Source: Curvularia clavata
Taxonomy: Eukaryota
DNA length: 64,000 nt
Reading direction: 5' to 3'
NCBI GenBank assembly: GCA_023920165.1
Contig: CP089275.1
Coordinates: forward strand, 4,898,001 to 4,962,000
In this document: positions 26,756-39,785 of the stretch, in pieces
Position numbering within the stretch: the first letter of the stretch is position 1
Layout of the letters: every line of letters starts with the position of its first letter
The notes under the pieces: model-generated
What the model was told of the DNA's origin: nothing
Databases searched by the model: none
What the model saw: the letters and a program-made list of their open reading frames with translations, nothing else
Made by a program: the position numbers and the translations under genes

Positions 26756-27917
26756 TTACCGTCTTGACGAGTGTCGTGTTCGGCGTGTGTGGCGGTCTGA
26801 CGAGCTTGCGCTGCCTGGATTGATTGTTAGTTTTTTTTTTCTTTTAAGATAAATTTGCAGAAAGAATTGGTTACTCACTTGTACTTGTGTAGTCACTGTA
26901 CATGTAGGAAGTTCCGCTGACAGTCGTGCTCTTGTCGTCGTTCTTGTGGTCTTGATGTCTCTTGAGACCGAGGGCGAGCGCCAGACCACCAAGACCAGCA
27001 GCAATTCCAAGACCCTTCTTTGCGCCGCTGTGCTTCTCGGAGCCAGCGCGCGAAGGACGAGCAGGACGACCGGCGCCGTACCAGCGTCCGCCGGCTGCTG
27101 CGCCTCCGCTGTGGTGGTGCTCTTCGATGTACGTCTCCTCGTGGCTGTGCTTGCGCTTCTTGCCGAAACCAAAGATGGCGAGAAGGGTGTCGAAGAGGGC
27201 GCGCGCGCAGCAGAAAAGACACAGCAGAAGCAGGAGCAACACGCCTAAGATGACACCAATGACAATACCAGCAATGGCACCGCCGCTGAGACCGTTGTTC
27301 TGACCCTCAGTTGGAACCAGGTCGTTGCCAGCTGCGCCAGTGGGAATTGGGGTCTGGAACGGCTGTGTCGCGGTGGGAGTGCCGGTGTAGGTGACTATGA
27401 CAACGCCTGAGCCAGTGGGTCGTAAAGGAGCAGATGGTGAAATACCTCCAGAGCTTCCGCCGCCAATCAGAGCGCATTGGCCGGAAGTGAGGCAGTAGTA
27501 TCCGGAATCGCAGCAGACGGAGCCACATGGGTTCTGCGAGTCCTTGCACGTCTGTGTGGCGGTGGCAGGAACATATGTGCTGAAAACCTCGGTCTTGGTA
27601 AGGAGTCCGACCGTCTCGACATAGGTAGTGGTGCGGTATTCCCAGTATCCTCCTGCGCCCTGTTGGTTGGCATTGCCGTTGCCGCATTGCGCCTGGTTGT
27701 TCGCGTCGGTGTAGCAAGTCGAGCCTGAAGGGCAGCAAAGCCAGCCGTCATAGCCACAAGGAACGCCAGCACAGGCGCGCTTTTCCACGGCCTGAGACGA
27801 GTTGTGGTAATCCAGCAAATCGTCAAAGTGGACTGGATATGGCTTTGCGAGAGCGGCAGGAAGACTTGCGAGAGCAATTAGACCGAGCATAGCGGTCGGC
27901 GTATTGAAGAGCTGCAT
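26756..27917 (-). CDS. Type I membrane protein: signal peptide, two Cys-rich ectodomain modules, Thr/Pro stalk, single TM (Mid2/sensor-like architecture)
   Basis: Signal-like N-terminus, CAGVPCG..WLCCPSGSTCY and CKDSQNPCGSVCCDSGYYC, LSGGAIAGIVIGVILGVLLLLLL TM. Intron 26815-26878 gives the C-terminus SSASSSDRHTRRTRHSSRR. Confidence 0.85.
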
Positions 27918-29145
27918 GGTAGCGATCGACTGCTCCAAGGGCCGGTGAGAGCAACGGCGATTGGACTGGAGGGGAAGCGTTTGCAGAAAGAAGAAGAAGA
28001 AGGCTGCGGCGCGATAGTATAGTCGCAGTCGCTTGCCGGGGCGGTGTATGCGTGGGCAGCTGCGGGGTCGACCTGTTGGCTAGCGTCGTGTCCAGGCCGG
28101 GCTGCCTCTACTATGACTGGGTTGCCAAAAGGAAACAAAAAGAAGGTCAGCGATTATTTTTTTGCTCCTGAACAAAGGCCGGAGGAGAGAGTGGTAACGA
28201 GTATGTAATTGTGCAGGAGAGAGCAGCAGACCGGGGCAAAGAAAAGGGTGCACTTGGAATATACGTGAGGTTGGGAGGAGGCCTACGGGGCTGGTGGCTG
28301 GTACCGGGGAGGCTGGGGGAAGGGAAAGCTACTGCCGCCCAGCGTTCCAACACGATGCGGTATGCGCTTGCGCGAATTCTTGGAAGCCCACTGCGCGTCC
28401 TGGTTTATGCTAAACAAGGAAGTTCGTAGTCGTTTGCTGTCGTGTCAAAAGTGGGCGCCTTGTCTGAGGTTATGCGCCCAACAGTGTGTTGTACAGACGT
28501 TGCTCGTGTACCCTCAGCGCGCCCACTGTTCACCCAGCAACCACCGCTCCGCGCCGTCAGACTTACAAGTGTGTGGGCGCACGTTCTTCAACACTTTGGC
28601 CTGTCCAATCTCTCTTCGAGTCGGCGTTAGCAGAGGCTAAATTGGTCTCGCGCGACCGGTATCGAGCCTTGGCGCCTGAGATGATGCTCGTGTGGAGTGT
28701 TGCAACCGGTGCCTGTCGATGCCCGTGGTTTGCAGTGGTTTGCAGCAGTTTGCCTTACTAGTGAGGTACTGCCTTGTTTCCCGCCTATCACCTGGCTTGC
28801 TTCCGCATCATCCGAAGACTCGCACGTCACGACTTTGAACATGCAAAAGCTGTTTTCCTCATGTCACATATGTCATTCTGCGGCTCCAGGGATGATGCTC
28901 CATATATAGCAGCCCGATCTCTTCGACCATCCAACATGTTTTTTCGGCTGACGTGGTGGTCTACATCACGGCCATTTGCATCCCGCACTTGCGCGCTAGA
29001 TCCGTAATTGATGCCATTTGCATTTCATAGGAAAGTATACCCATAGGACTATCCACACTGCCGTTCATTCTCTTAATCCAGCCATGTCGACACAAACATG
29101 AGTGGGTTCGCACCATAGCAGAGATTGTCTCCCTTCTTGTACCCT

Positions 29146-29823
29146 TTACGGCTTCATCACTGGGCCAGCGCCCGCCTTGTTCTCCTGCCTCGTCAGGATC
29201 CTCTTCGGACCCCAAACTCCAGCCCTTCTGCCCAAATCAATGTTGGTCGACTTGAGAACCCCACCGTCACCATTGCCGTTGCTGTTGTCCTTGGTGTTCT
29301 TCGGTCCCGTAGCCATTCCGGAGATTGACAGCGAGCTCAACAGCTTTGTAGGGCTGGCCATGATGCTGTCACCACCAGCCGTCTTCCTAGCCCTGTATTT
29401 CTTGTTGGCCGAACTCTCAATCCACAAGCCTCCTTCCTTCTTGGCCTTGAGTTCTTCTTCCTCCTTGTCTCGCTTGGCTCGCTCCTCGGCCTCTCGCTCC
29501 CTGGCTGCCTTCTCGCGGGCCTCGCGGCGGATGCGCTCCTCTTTGGCTTTGACCTCGGCAGCCTGTCGCGCTTTGATAGCCTGCTCGCGAGCCTGGTTGG
29601 CCTTGATGATGGCATCTTGCTCCATGCGAGCTTGCGCTTCGATCTCGGCACGTGCTTCGGCCTTGATGCAATGGTAGCACGGGAAGTACGAGGGACGATA
29701 CTGGCCGTCTTCCTTAATATCCGGGCAGACTATGTTGGAAACCATTCCTGGACGGCACATCTCGATGTAAGGACGGTCCGAAGGGTGGCCGCACGTATGC
29801 ATCTTCTTCCAATAGAGACACAT
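29146..29823 (-). CDS. Hypothetical protein with N-terminal Cys/His (putative Zn-binding) motif and charged coiled coil
   Basis: ACCATG start; MCLYWKKMHTCGH..C..C..CYHC followed by an E/R/K/A-rich helix. Confidence 0.75.
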   Translation of the reverse strand: MCLYWKKMHTCGHPSDRPYIEMCRPGMVSNIVCPDIKEDGQYRPSYFPCYHCIKAEARAEIEAQARMEQDAIIKANQAREQAIKARQAAEVKAKEERIRREAREKAAREREAEERAKRDKEEEELKAKKEGGLWIESSANKKYRARKTAGGDSIMASPTKLLSSLSISGMATGPKNTKDNSNGNGDGGVLKSTNIDLGRRAGVWGPKRILTRQENKAGAGPVMKP

Positions 29824-30404
29824 GGTGATGAGGCCTGGGAGTCGTTGGTGGGAGTGTACTTGTTGTAGACGTGTTGTAGCAGCTCACTAAACTTGAAGGG
29901 TCGACGTGAACTTGATAGAAGGTGAGAGGTCAAGGTGGAAAAGTGACGCAACATCTAATGAGTGATATATATCACTTGGGTGCTAGGCAGGTGCGGCGGT
30001 GAAGTAAGAGAAGGCGCCTTCCCCTAAGGCAGTGACTATCACCCATGGTGACTGGAGGTAAGTGAAGGCAACCTTGAATACAAAGCAGCCTGCTAAAGAC
30101 TGCAGGCAGGGCCCTTGAAAGAGCCGAAGTTGTTTAGTAGAGGAAAAAAGAGTTCAAATGACAGCAGTAAAAGAATACGACATGGAATAAGACTATAGAG
30201 GGTATATCCATACACAGCAGACAGACCACACAAGTTTTGATGGGCATCGCGCCAATCAAGATGCGTAGGGTACACAAAACATTCCGTATCCATCACCCCG
30301 TGCTTGATGCAGCACGGCGACACCAAATGCGCTCGCCCTCAAAAAAACGGTTGTTTGGTAGTTGTACAACATGACTTAAGGAACAAAGGCTAGCAGGAAA
30401 CTAT

Positions 30405-31227
30405 CTATGCAGACATGCGTTGTCGTTTCGCCTTGGGACGGGCGCCACGGTGCTCGGCTTGAGTGATGCGGCTGCCGCCCATCTCCTTGACCTTAGCCAC
30501 CAAAGTGTCCGTCTCATCCAGCTCCTGCATTTCATCGCCACCACCGATGCTCTTGCCCATGAGCAGAACATTGGGGACTGTTCTCCGGCCAGTGGACTTG
30601 TGTAGGAATGCCTGCAGTTTCTCGCCCATGGGGCTTTGGTCTAGCTCGACAACGTAGGGTTTGGGCACAATGTCGTATTTCTCAAGCAGGATGTGCTTTG
30701 CTTTCTTCGAATGGGGACAGTAGGACTTGGAAAAGATGATCACTGTCGTGGATTAGCACTGGGACGCAAGGCTTGACATGCAGTAACATACTAGGGCTCT
30801 TTTTCAGGATGGCGTTCATCTCCATCTCCACCTCATGGTCTTCGAGAGTTTCGTGCTCCTTGGCGGCGGCTTGGTCGCGAGGCCTGCCACCTTGCTGAGC
30901 AACACCTGGTACCCTGTCACCATCCATCTTGACCCGGCCTGCTACGCTCTTCTGGTCGGGGCCTTCTACTCCAGCCTTAACCTCGCTGTGCTTTGTTGCG
31001 GCATTCTTCTTGGCCTGCTCCTCAGCAGCCTTGAGTCGCGATCCAACATTCTCAGCGTCGCGTTGTTTTACGGCGTCGGCATATTCCTTCTCCTGCAGGG
31101 CTTGTTGGGTCTTTGTAAAGAAATCCGATGACTGTGTCTGGTTGGCCCCTCTGGACATGTAGAAGAGGACGAATATGGTGACGACGATGAGGATGAACGA
31201 CAGCCTCATGCGACGCTGTGACGGCAT
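30405..31227 (-). CDS. Monothiol glutaredoxin with N-terminal membrane anchor (Grx6/Grx7-like)
   Basis: TM segment LSFILIVVTIFVLFY, intron 30743-30791, IIFSKSYCPHSKKAK active site, TGRRTVPNV, SIGGGDE. Confidence 0.9.
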
Positions 31228-32516
31228 GGTGGCGTAGGTGACGTTACTCGTCTGAGCCACACGGTGGTTGTATGCACTGAGGAATTGCTGGCGGGCGTCG
31301 GTTGCTATGTCGCGTAGACAGTATCGCAGTCCAATGGGTTTGCGCCGTGTCGTATTCTCGCTGTGGCAATCGTCGAGACGGTATTGCTAGGGTGCGGTGT
31401 TGGAGGTGGTGGTGTTGGCTTGCGACCAGTAGCAGCCAGCAGGGAGGTTTGGGCACGTGCTGGTACCACAACAGTAGACAAACGTATAGGCGGGGGACGC
31501 GATTGAGTCTCTATGGGAAAAAGAAAGCATACGGAGCTTGCAACGCAGGCCAAGGCTGTATACAGCTGTACGGGAAAGTGGGATAGATATTAGTGGGAGG
31601 TTTCTGGTGCGGCGTTTGAAACATTGCGGAGACGAAGGTGGCCCTGGCCTCCTGGCACTGGGGCGCGCTGTTTCCCCCTCCTTCCCTGTAATCGGGCCAC
31701 CTGCCCAGCGCCAGCATGTGCGACTATTCCAACTAGGCCTTGTTCGCCCCCAAACATGATTGACGCACCTCGCATCAGCCCTACACGCCTCTGAATCTCG
31801 CGTCTCGGACTCGCTGCGTCACATACCGCGGCAGCAGCTTTGTCGCGAGCAACACGCAAGCACATCTGACGAGCATCCGGCGCGCGCAATTCACGGTACC
31901 TCGGTCCGCAGTACGAAGTCGATCATCCATCGCGTCTCCCGCATTTGCAGCCTGAGGCTAAGCCTTACACAGCGAGTCCCCTGACTAGCAGAAGCTATGG
32001 ATTCTACGACATACACACGGATCCTGGAGGCGCGTGACAGCGCGTTTATCTAGCTTCCACGGCCAGAAGCAACGAGGAATTAGCTTCGCTTGGTATGACT
32101 TCCTCCTCGCAGCAGTCGTCCTCGCCCATGTGTCGAATCAGTACGCGCAGTACCGGATCCTCTACTCGATCGAGCGCATCTATTTAGACTACACCCTGGG
32201 CTATCCGAACGTCGCTGAAAGTGCTGCGGTTGCTACCGTCTTGGTCTTTCTCTTCCGACCTCAAAGTGACCGAACCCCGCATCCAGGTATCCACAAAACC
32301 GGCTGCTGTGCTGTAACTAGATTAGCGCTACCCTAGTCCTGTTACGTCCGTTCCGCCATCCCATGAGCATCACCACTGGATTCCGAAAGAGTTGGAGTCT
32401 ATATTAATTCAAAGGTTTGCTGCTTGATCTATCTGTATACACATTGGATCAAGCTATTCCACTCTGCTTCTACTCTTCCATTCAATAACCACTGACATCT
32501 TTGGATTTCTGTCACC

Positions 32517-33568
32517 ATGACCTCAACCCTTTCCTCAACTCCCATTTCTATCGTCCCCTCAGCTTCTGAGCTGAAGAATGGTGCTCTTGGCCAACGCAAT
32601 CTTGAGATTGCTATTCGAGCCCTCGCTCGCGACGGACTGGTCGTTCTCGAGGACATGGTCGATCATGCCGTCCTGGACCGGTTGAACACGAAAATGGTCC
32701 AGGATGCATATGACTTGCAAGCCAGGAAGGATAGTCCTTTCAATTACAACAAAGGAAACATCCAACAGGATCCTCCCATGACCGAGGAGTGGTTCAGCAA
32801 CGAGATATTCATTAGTAAGCGTCATTGCTGGGCGCCTGTGTGACTACATCACAGTGTACTGATATCATATCACAGACCCGATTGTCACCCAAGTGACTTC
32901 GACCAAACTTGGACCTAGGCCATCTTTGCGATTCATGTCTGGCAATACGGCTCTGCCTCCCACCAAAACATCGCCTCCCATGTCCCAGCCCACCCACAAT
33001 GACGCAGACTTTGATCACCCCTCAATCCCATTTGCTCTTGTCGTCAACGTTCCTCTTGTGACCATGACTCCTGAGAATGGTTCCACTGAAGTCTGGCTCG
33101 GAACTCACAACGATACCACTCTTGCTGACCAAGAGGGTGAGCATGGTGACCGTGCAAGTGGCAGGATCAAGAAGCATCTGCTCGATGCTCGTAGGGAGGT
33201 TCGACCACCTTCGCAACCAGTAGTCAAAAAGGGCAGCATCATCATACGTGACTTGAGGCTCTGGCATGGAGGAAAGCCAAACCTTTCTACTGAGCCTAGA
33301 GTGATGCTCGCGATGAGTAAGTCTCCTGTCTCCTTGTCGCATGCCTTCAATCTCACCAATGACAGTTCATTTTGCGCCGTGGTACCGCAACTCTATGACC
33401 GTCGAATTTGCGCAAGAGCTCTCTGAACGGCTGTCGTCTGAGAAGTGTGGTCTGGATGTCGCGGCGCAGTTCATTCCCAATGAGCAATTGCTCAAGAACT
33501 ACTTGAACAGAGCATATGGAAATGCCTATGATTTTAACCAATCAGACAGAATTGAAGGAATCTTTTAG
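32517..33568 (+). CDS. PhyH-family Fe(II)/2-oxoglutarate dioxygenase (KanJ-like)
   Basis: Introns at 32815-32875 and 33317-33365. QPTHND (HxD), ENGSTEVWLGTH, IIRDLRLWHGGKPN (distal His), PRVML. Confidence 0.87.
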
Positions 33569-34094
33569 GCTGAACCAAGGCAGTGCTTGTCTTGGAGGTC
33601 CGGATTCTGCAGCCATATGTAGCACATACTCAAGGTCAGCACTGTGCATGCCACATGACGTTTTCTGTCTTGCATAATACAAGCTTCTTTCCTCGCTTAA
33701 ACAAGTCGATTCCCTGTCACTCCAAACTATTCTCGTCACTCCGCTTTCCACCGCCTTACAGGACAATACCGGGATGTATGTCAGCACTATCGCCAAGACT
33801 TGGCAATCCCACAGTTCCGGCCCCGAGTTTCTATTGGCGGAGACCTTACGCTCAGCGCTCAGTAAGCCACCAAAGGCTTGTCACTGGATGTTGGTATCCC
33901 GTGGCTTGGCGGTGTTGGGTGAGAAGTGTAGTCATAATCCTCATCAGCATCAGCACCATCGGTCGAGGGCTCTTTTCCTTCCTCACGGCTACGTGTGCTC
34001 TTGATGCGGTATCACTCTTCTGTGCACCTAGTGCTAGGCTGCGTCAACTAATCCGCTACTTGTTTTGCTACTCTGAAACCCACTCGTTTGCAGT

Positions 34095-35444
34095 ATGTCA
34101 TTTACACTAAAGAATGCGACATCCTTCCCAAATATCACACGGCCAATGGTTCACGTGGATCCTGAAGATGCAACAACTAGCTTCAAAACAGCCCTCGCGG
34201 TCGAAGTGCCGCTGATGGTTTTGGCAATCGTCACTGTGGTACTCAGAGTTTATTCACGATTAGCCATCAAGAGGAAACTAGCTCCTGATGATGTTTTAAT
34301 ATTACTAGGCACGGTATGTTAAAATCAGAAATAAGGAGAGACGTTTCACCGTAGAGTGTAGTGATTGCTAATGAACAATCAAGGGGGCCGGTTTTGCACG
34401 CACCGTCATATCGTGCATGAGTGCGGAGGACAATTGGGGCTATGATCGGAAAGGGTCTGTCTGCGGTAGCAAGGGAGATGGCGATTTAGGCTGACTATTG
34501 TCGATAGTCCTGATCGAACATCAGAAGTACCATACTACCAGGTAAGGTCCATGTCAAAAATAAAATACCCCACTCACACTCACTAGCATATCTTCGAACG
34601 ACGTATCGCCTATCTCTTCGCTGTTACTTTTGTGCGCTTTTCAGTCCTCGCATACTACCTACGCATCTTCCCACTTGGGATGCTATCGTTACGGAGATGT
34701 TGTTATATTCTCCTCGCGCTAACATTTGCGCACTTCGTCGAAGTCCTGACCGTCCTCATCGTATACTGCGAAAACATTGGCAAGCTCTGGACCAAGGACT
34801 GGCTCGACTTCACCGGATCGCAATGTTTTAGCTCCCTCGTGTACAGCTATTCGGCAGCCATCGGCGACAGTGTCATGGATAGCATGATATTCGCACTTCC
34901 AATATTTTACGTATGGCAGCTCTCCAAGTTGCGTCTTCGCCAGCGGATCGCGCTTGTCTTCATCTTTGGCCTAGGCTTCATCGTATGTGTAGTCGCGCTC
35001 GTCCAGATTCCTTTCATCAAGCGGCGGGAGAGTAACATGCAGTACTTTGGCTCTGCCGTCAATATCCTCATCTCGATCCAAATATCGTTTGCAATCATTG
35101 CGGCATCGCTCCCAGACCTGCGTGCACTTGTAGCGCGGAAGCTTCCTCATTTTTCTCCCCTCCACCACCGGAGCCTGGCTACAAACGGACACAAACCTAG
35201 CGGTAGCTGCGAGCAAGGGAGGATTGGAGTCTGGGACGCCGAACAAGGTCCATCTGATCAAGGAGTGTTGGAAAGCCCCCGTGCATCGCCTGACGGGAAG
35301 AAGGTGTTTAGGAAACCAGACTGGATGAGGAACAGCATACCTGCAAGTTTGATGTCAACAGTCGTTACGCAAAACGAAATCACTCGGCTCTCCAACGAAA
35401 ACATTTCGCGTCCGCCTCAAGTACCGGAGAAAGCAACCAGTTGA
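34095..35444 (+). CDS. PTH11-like rhodopsin-domain integral membrane protein (no CFEM domain)
   Basis: VVLRVYSR..KRKLAPDD, RFSVLAYYLRIF, DSMIFALPI..VWQL..RQRIAL..IFGLG, AIIAASLPDLR. Introns at 34314-34383, 34455-34507 and 34542-34586 join in frame. Confidence 0.85.
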
Positions 35445-36104
35445 AAAGTGCGCCAATAGACTACATGCACGTGGCTAGCGAACCGTGTAAAGACGACGCC
35501 AGACATCGGGCCGAGGTCAAATCCAAGCACATCTTTGCCCTTTATCGAAAGAGGCAGACGCGGATGCTGTGATCAGCACAGCGTCGTTTACGAGCATATA
35601 TACTAAACAGGCGGCCAACTAATGTTCTGTTTTGTCATTGCTTATGAAGCGTGCGAAGGACGAACCAATGCCGATGGTCCGGCAGGGTCCACGGCATCGC
35701 GGCATGCAGGCGAAAACAAAGCCTTGCGGACCCAGGAACGGATCAGAAGTTGTTGAGTAGCTCTGATTAGTAGTACGAGTACGTAGCTACCCCGCCAAGT
35801 TGGGGGTGTGCTTCGCGAGGAGCTTGCGTTTAGTATTGCGCACGATCCGAGAGCGGAATCAAAGGAAAGAAGAATAGAAGTACACTGAAAAATGGCTTGC
35901 ATGAAGTCATGTACAACATACTGACGAGCCATGATCTAAAGACTGGCAAACAAAAAAATCCATCTTCCAACACGATCCCTTGTCCTGCGTTAGCCCGACC
36001 ATTTGAAATACTACGTTGCCCCTCCCGCCCCCATGACCCCACTTCCTACCGCCGCGAAAATCATCCGCACGAGCATCTTGACCCTTTCTAATCCAACCAC
36101 ATCT

Positions 36105-36561
36105 CTTCCCCTCCCCTCCTTCGGCTCCTATTCCCTGAGAAATCCCCACAATCCAGACCCTTATCTAACTCTCCGTCGGGAAAGGCTCACATTGGCTCAC
36201 TCTAGGCTCACCTCGCAGCATCAGCCCAGCTGCAGGAGAAAAAAGTAGTACAATATAATCCATGTACCCCAACTTGGCAACTGGTATAACTGCGTAGCCA
36301 ATTGGCTGTGCAAGAACAAGATTGCTTAGCATGGGCTCATGTGTTGCTGTTGCTTACCGAAGCAAGCATCAGCCAGCTTGGACCACTGGGTACAGGGAAG
36401 GCTAGGTACTAATGCGCGGAAGGGGGTTAGATACAGTACCCGACGGAGTACTAGGTGGATGTTTATGCAGGTGGAATGGGACTAGGGGTCGCGCTAATGT
36501 AGGGTTGGGTTTGTTTGTGGGGACTGAGGGAAAAGGCTTAGGTGGGATGGATGAGGGGAAG
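36105..36561. repeat. Degenerate nested inverted repeat (foldback), intergenic
   Basis: Concentric reverse-complement pairs: 36105-36113/36553-36561, 36143-36151/36515-36523, 36171-36180/36439-36448, 36263-36269/36388-36394. Inner palindrome AGCCAATTGGCT at 36296-36307. Confidence 0.55.
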
Positions 36562-36887
36562 GGAAGGTTACCAGAGCTGGATGAGTGGCTTGCTGGTGTG
36601 AAAATGTAGGAGATAGAGAATTCTGTTTTGTCTCACTTGCTGAGGAATTAGCTCAGCAATATGATGTGAGAATGTTTGGGGAAACAGGAAGTTAGTAATT
36701 CTTGGGGAACAAGGGGGGAAAAGATGGGGGAAAAGATGGAGGGGAAAGAGCATGTGAAGTGCTGGGTGGGGGAGGTGGATAGAAAGATATAAACCTTGGG
36801 TCCGCAGCCAGTCTAGACTGCTGGGTGCAGATTACACTGTACCACCGGATTTTCAAGCAAGGCCACATATACGGATTGCTAGTTACG

Positions 36888-38798
36888 ATGGCCTCCAATT
36901 ACGATTTTATTATTGTTGGTGGTACGAACCTCCTCCCCGCATCTTTTCGTTTTGTAAAATCTCTCGTTTTGTCAATCGGTTTTGGTCCTCACTTTGCAAA
37001 TATTAACTTGCCTTACTACAGCCGGAACATCGGGCTGTCTTCTTGCCGAGCGCCTTGCTCATACTCCCGCTGCACCCCGTGTTCTTCTTCTCGAGACAGG
37101 CACCGCACCTGTTGGCACCTACTTGACCGCTCCATACCACCGCTACCATGCACAAGCGCTGCGCCCAGATTTGGACCACGGCTACGTATGTGAGCCGGAG
37201 GAAACGTTAGGCGGAAGAAAGATTCCGTATACGCGTGGAAAGGGACTGGGAGGGTCCAGTATTCTAAACTTCGGTGTGTATCTATGGGGCAGCAAGCGGG
37301 ATTATGAGCGATGGGATGAGCTCGTTGGCGGCGGAGAAGAAGGTGGTGAAGGGACATTCAAATGGGAAAATGTGAAAAAGAGCTTTCAAAAGATCGAGAA
37401 CTATAACTTCTCAGCTTCCCAAACTTATCGCCATCTTGCCGATCCGTCGAAGGGTGAGCATGGTACCAACGGCAAGTTGCATGTTTGGCTGCCACCTGTT
37501 TTGGAGACGGCCGTTCAGCCACAGATGGAGGCGCTTGAAAAGGCTGGCGAGAAACTGAATCTAGACCCGAACTCTGGCGATCCAGTAGGCATTAGTATTT
37601 TTCCGGCTACATACAGCAAGGACGGAAGGTGTACAAGTGCGATGGCACACTTGGCTGATCCGCCTAAGAATCTCGAAGTTTGGACGGATGCAAAGGTGAC
37701 AAAACTGGTGTGGGAAGGGAAGAAAGTTGTTGGGGTGGTGACTGAAAATGGGCGAGAAGGTACGTTTTGATTGCTCTTTTGAGGCTGGATTGGAGATGAA
37801 ATTCACATAAGGATCGTGCAGCAAAGCGCTAACACACAACAGCAACCGCCAAAAACGAGGTAATTGTTTGCGCCGGCACCTTCGACTCACCTCGACTTCT
37901 GCTTCTAAACGGTATCGGGCCCAAGTCCGAACTTGAATCTCTCGGTATCGATGTAAAGGTCGATCTGCCCGGCGTTGGCAAGAATCTGCATGACCACGTC
38001 CTGACCTTCTTGAGTGTTGAAGTAGACGGGTCTGTAAACGACAAGTATGCATTTGAAAGCGACCCAGAAATTGTTGCCGAAGCAGAAAAGGCTTGGGCCA
38101 AAGACCAATCCGGCGCCCTGACTCTCCACAACTCCGCTCTATGGGGCGGTTTCCTCAAATTGCCAGGACTGGAATCATTTGAAGAGTACAAAGGTCTGCC
38201 CAAGGATGTCCAAGAATATCTTTCAAAAGACGAAGTGCCGGCTTACGAGCTGATTGCGAACTCGGTGCTCTGGCCTCCAGGAACGGAGCTCACAAAAGGA
38301 AATACGTACATGAGCTTCATTGCGTTTTTGATGAACCCGCAGTCAAGAGGTAGTGTGACACTGCGATCCAAGAATCCCGCCGACAACCCTGCTATCAAGC
38401 TGAACTTCCTCACGCACCCATACGATATTCGCGTTTTCCGCGAGGGCATTCGAAATACATGGACGAAACTTAGCAGTTCATCCGCTCTCGCACCGTACAT
38501 TGTACGCCCCATTCACGCCCCAACATCCATGTCGGACGAAGCTATAGATGCTTTTGCGAGGGACAGTGCGGGCACGGTGTGGCATGCTGCTGGCACGTGC
38601 AAGATGGGAAGGGATGACGACCCAGAGGCTGTGGTGGATAAAACGTTCAGAGTAAAGGGCGTGGAAGGGCTGAGGGTAGTAGACATGAGCGTTGCACCGG
38701 TTTCTACGAACAACCATACGCAGGCTACTGCTTATCTGATTGGACAGATTGCGAGCGAAAGGCTGATCAAAGAGTATGGACTGAACAACGGGGCTTAG
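36888..38798 (+). CDS. GMC oxidoreductase (CAZy AA3-like), no signal peptide
   Basis: YDFIIVGAGTSG (across intron 36922-37021), RGKGLGGSSILN, second intron 37760-37842, LLLLNGIGP, VGKNLHDH, VWHAAGTCKMG, LRVVDMSVAP..NNHT. Confidence 0.92.
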
Positions 38799-39785
38799 AA
38801 AGTGATGGGAGACATAGTTTATATCCGGAGGCAAAGTTCTCGAGGCTTCCTCGGTCGTATAGCCCAAAGAAGTGCGTATTGTGATGCAATTTGGGCGAGA
38901 CCGTCCACCGTTTCCGCCTAGTGAAACTTGAGGCTCTGCAACTCGTGCCGGAGCTTTTGAAAAATGCTGAAAAATTGCCTATCGTGGTACCAGAGTGATA
39001 CTGCAGCCCAGTCGAGGCGAAATCAAGGACTTCAGGATGACGTGCATGACTTGCCGCTATTCCCAGAGCGGGATGGTTCCTTGCCTCATCGTGAACGGTG
39101 AATCTCAAATAACTGGAGGGGCTGGGGATGGCACGGACAAGATCTCGGTATTGGCATGGCAATTGTGGAATCAGATGCCGATGTACCCCATGCCAATGAT
39201 TCGCAGTGGAGAAAGAGGCGGCCAGAAGCGTGCCCTAAAATGACGGGTTTGCTACTTGCACTGCGTAACCCTGAGCCTTGGGTGGGGATGGTTAGCCTGG
39301 ACGCGTCTCAACTGCTCCCGTCCCACCCTTACGCTACGAAGAAATCACACGACTAGTCAAGAACCTGTTATCTTTATTGCTAGGGCATCTTCTTAGCCAC
39401 GGCAGAGATTTCTGCCACACGGGCACACCGAGGGTGAAGCTCCAACAAATGGACGCGGCCTAGTGTTGCTGCTCGAAGATGTCATACCGTCTGCCGGGGT
39501 GATAAGCCGGCAACCAATGAGCTCGACGTCGCTAAGTATTTGCCCTCTTGTGGCTTGATGCTGTTGGGTGGATGAGGTTTGCCAGATCCTAGTATCCGCC
39601 GCTTAGATCCGCTTTCACCAGTAGCTCATGCGTGGCGCGGGTGACTTCCCCGCTCATATAACACACCGTCCCACGGTACCGCCTTGTAACTTGTAAGATA
39701 CACGAGGCGGCTCCCTTTCGCCCATTCCACGTGAATTCGTTTGAGAATCAGTCGTTGAGCCTTGGTTCGACCAATCTTCTCAAAA

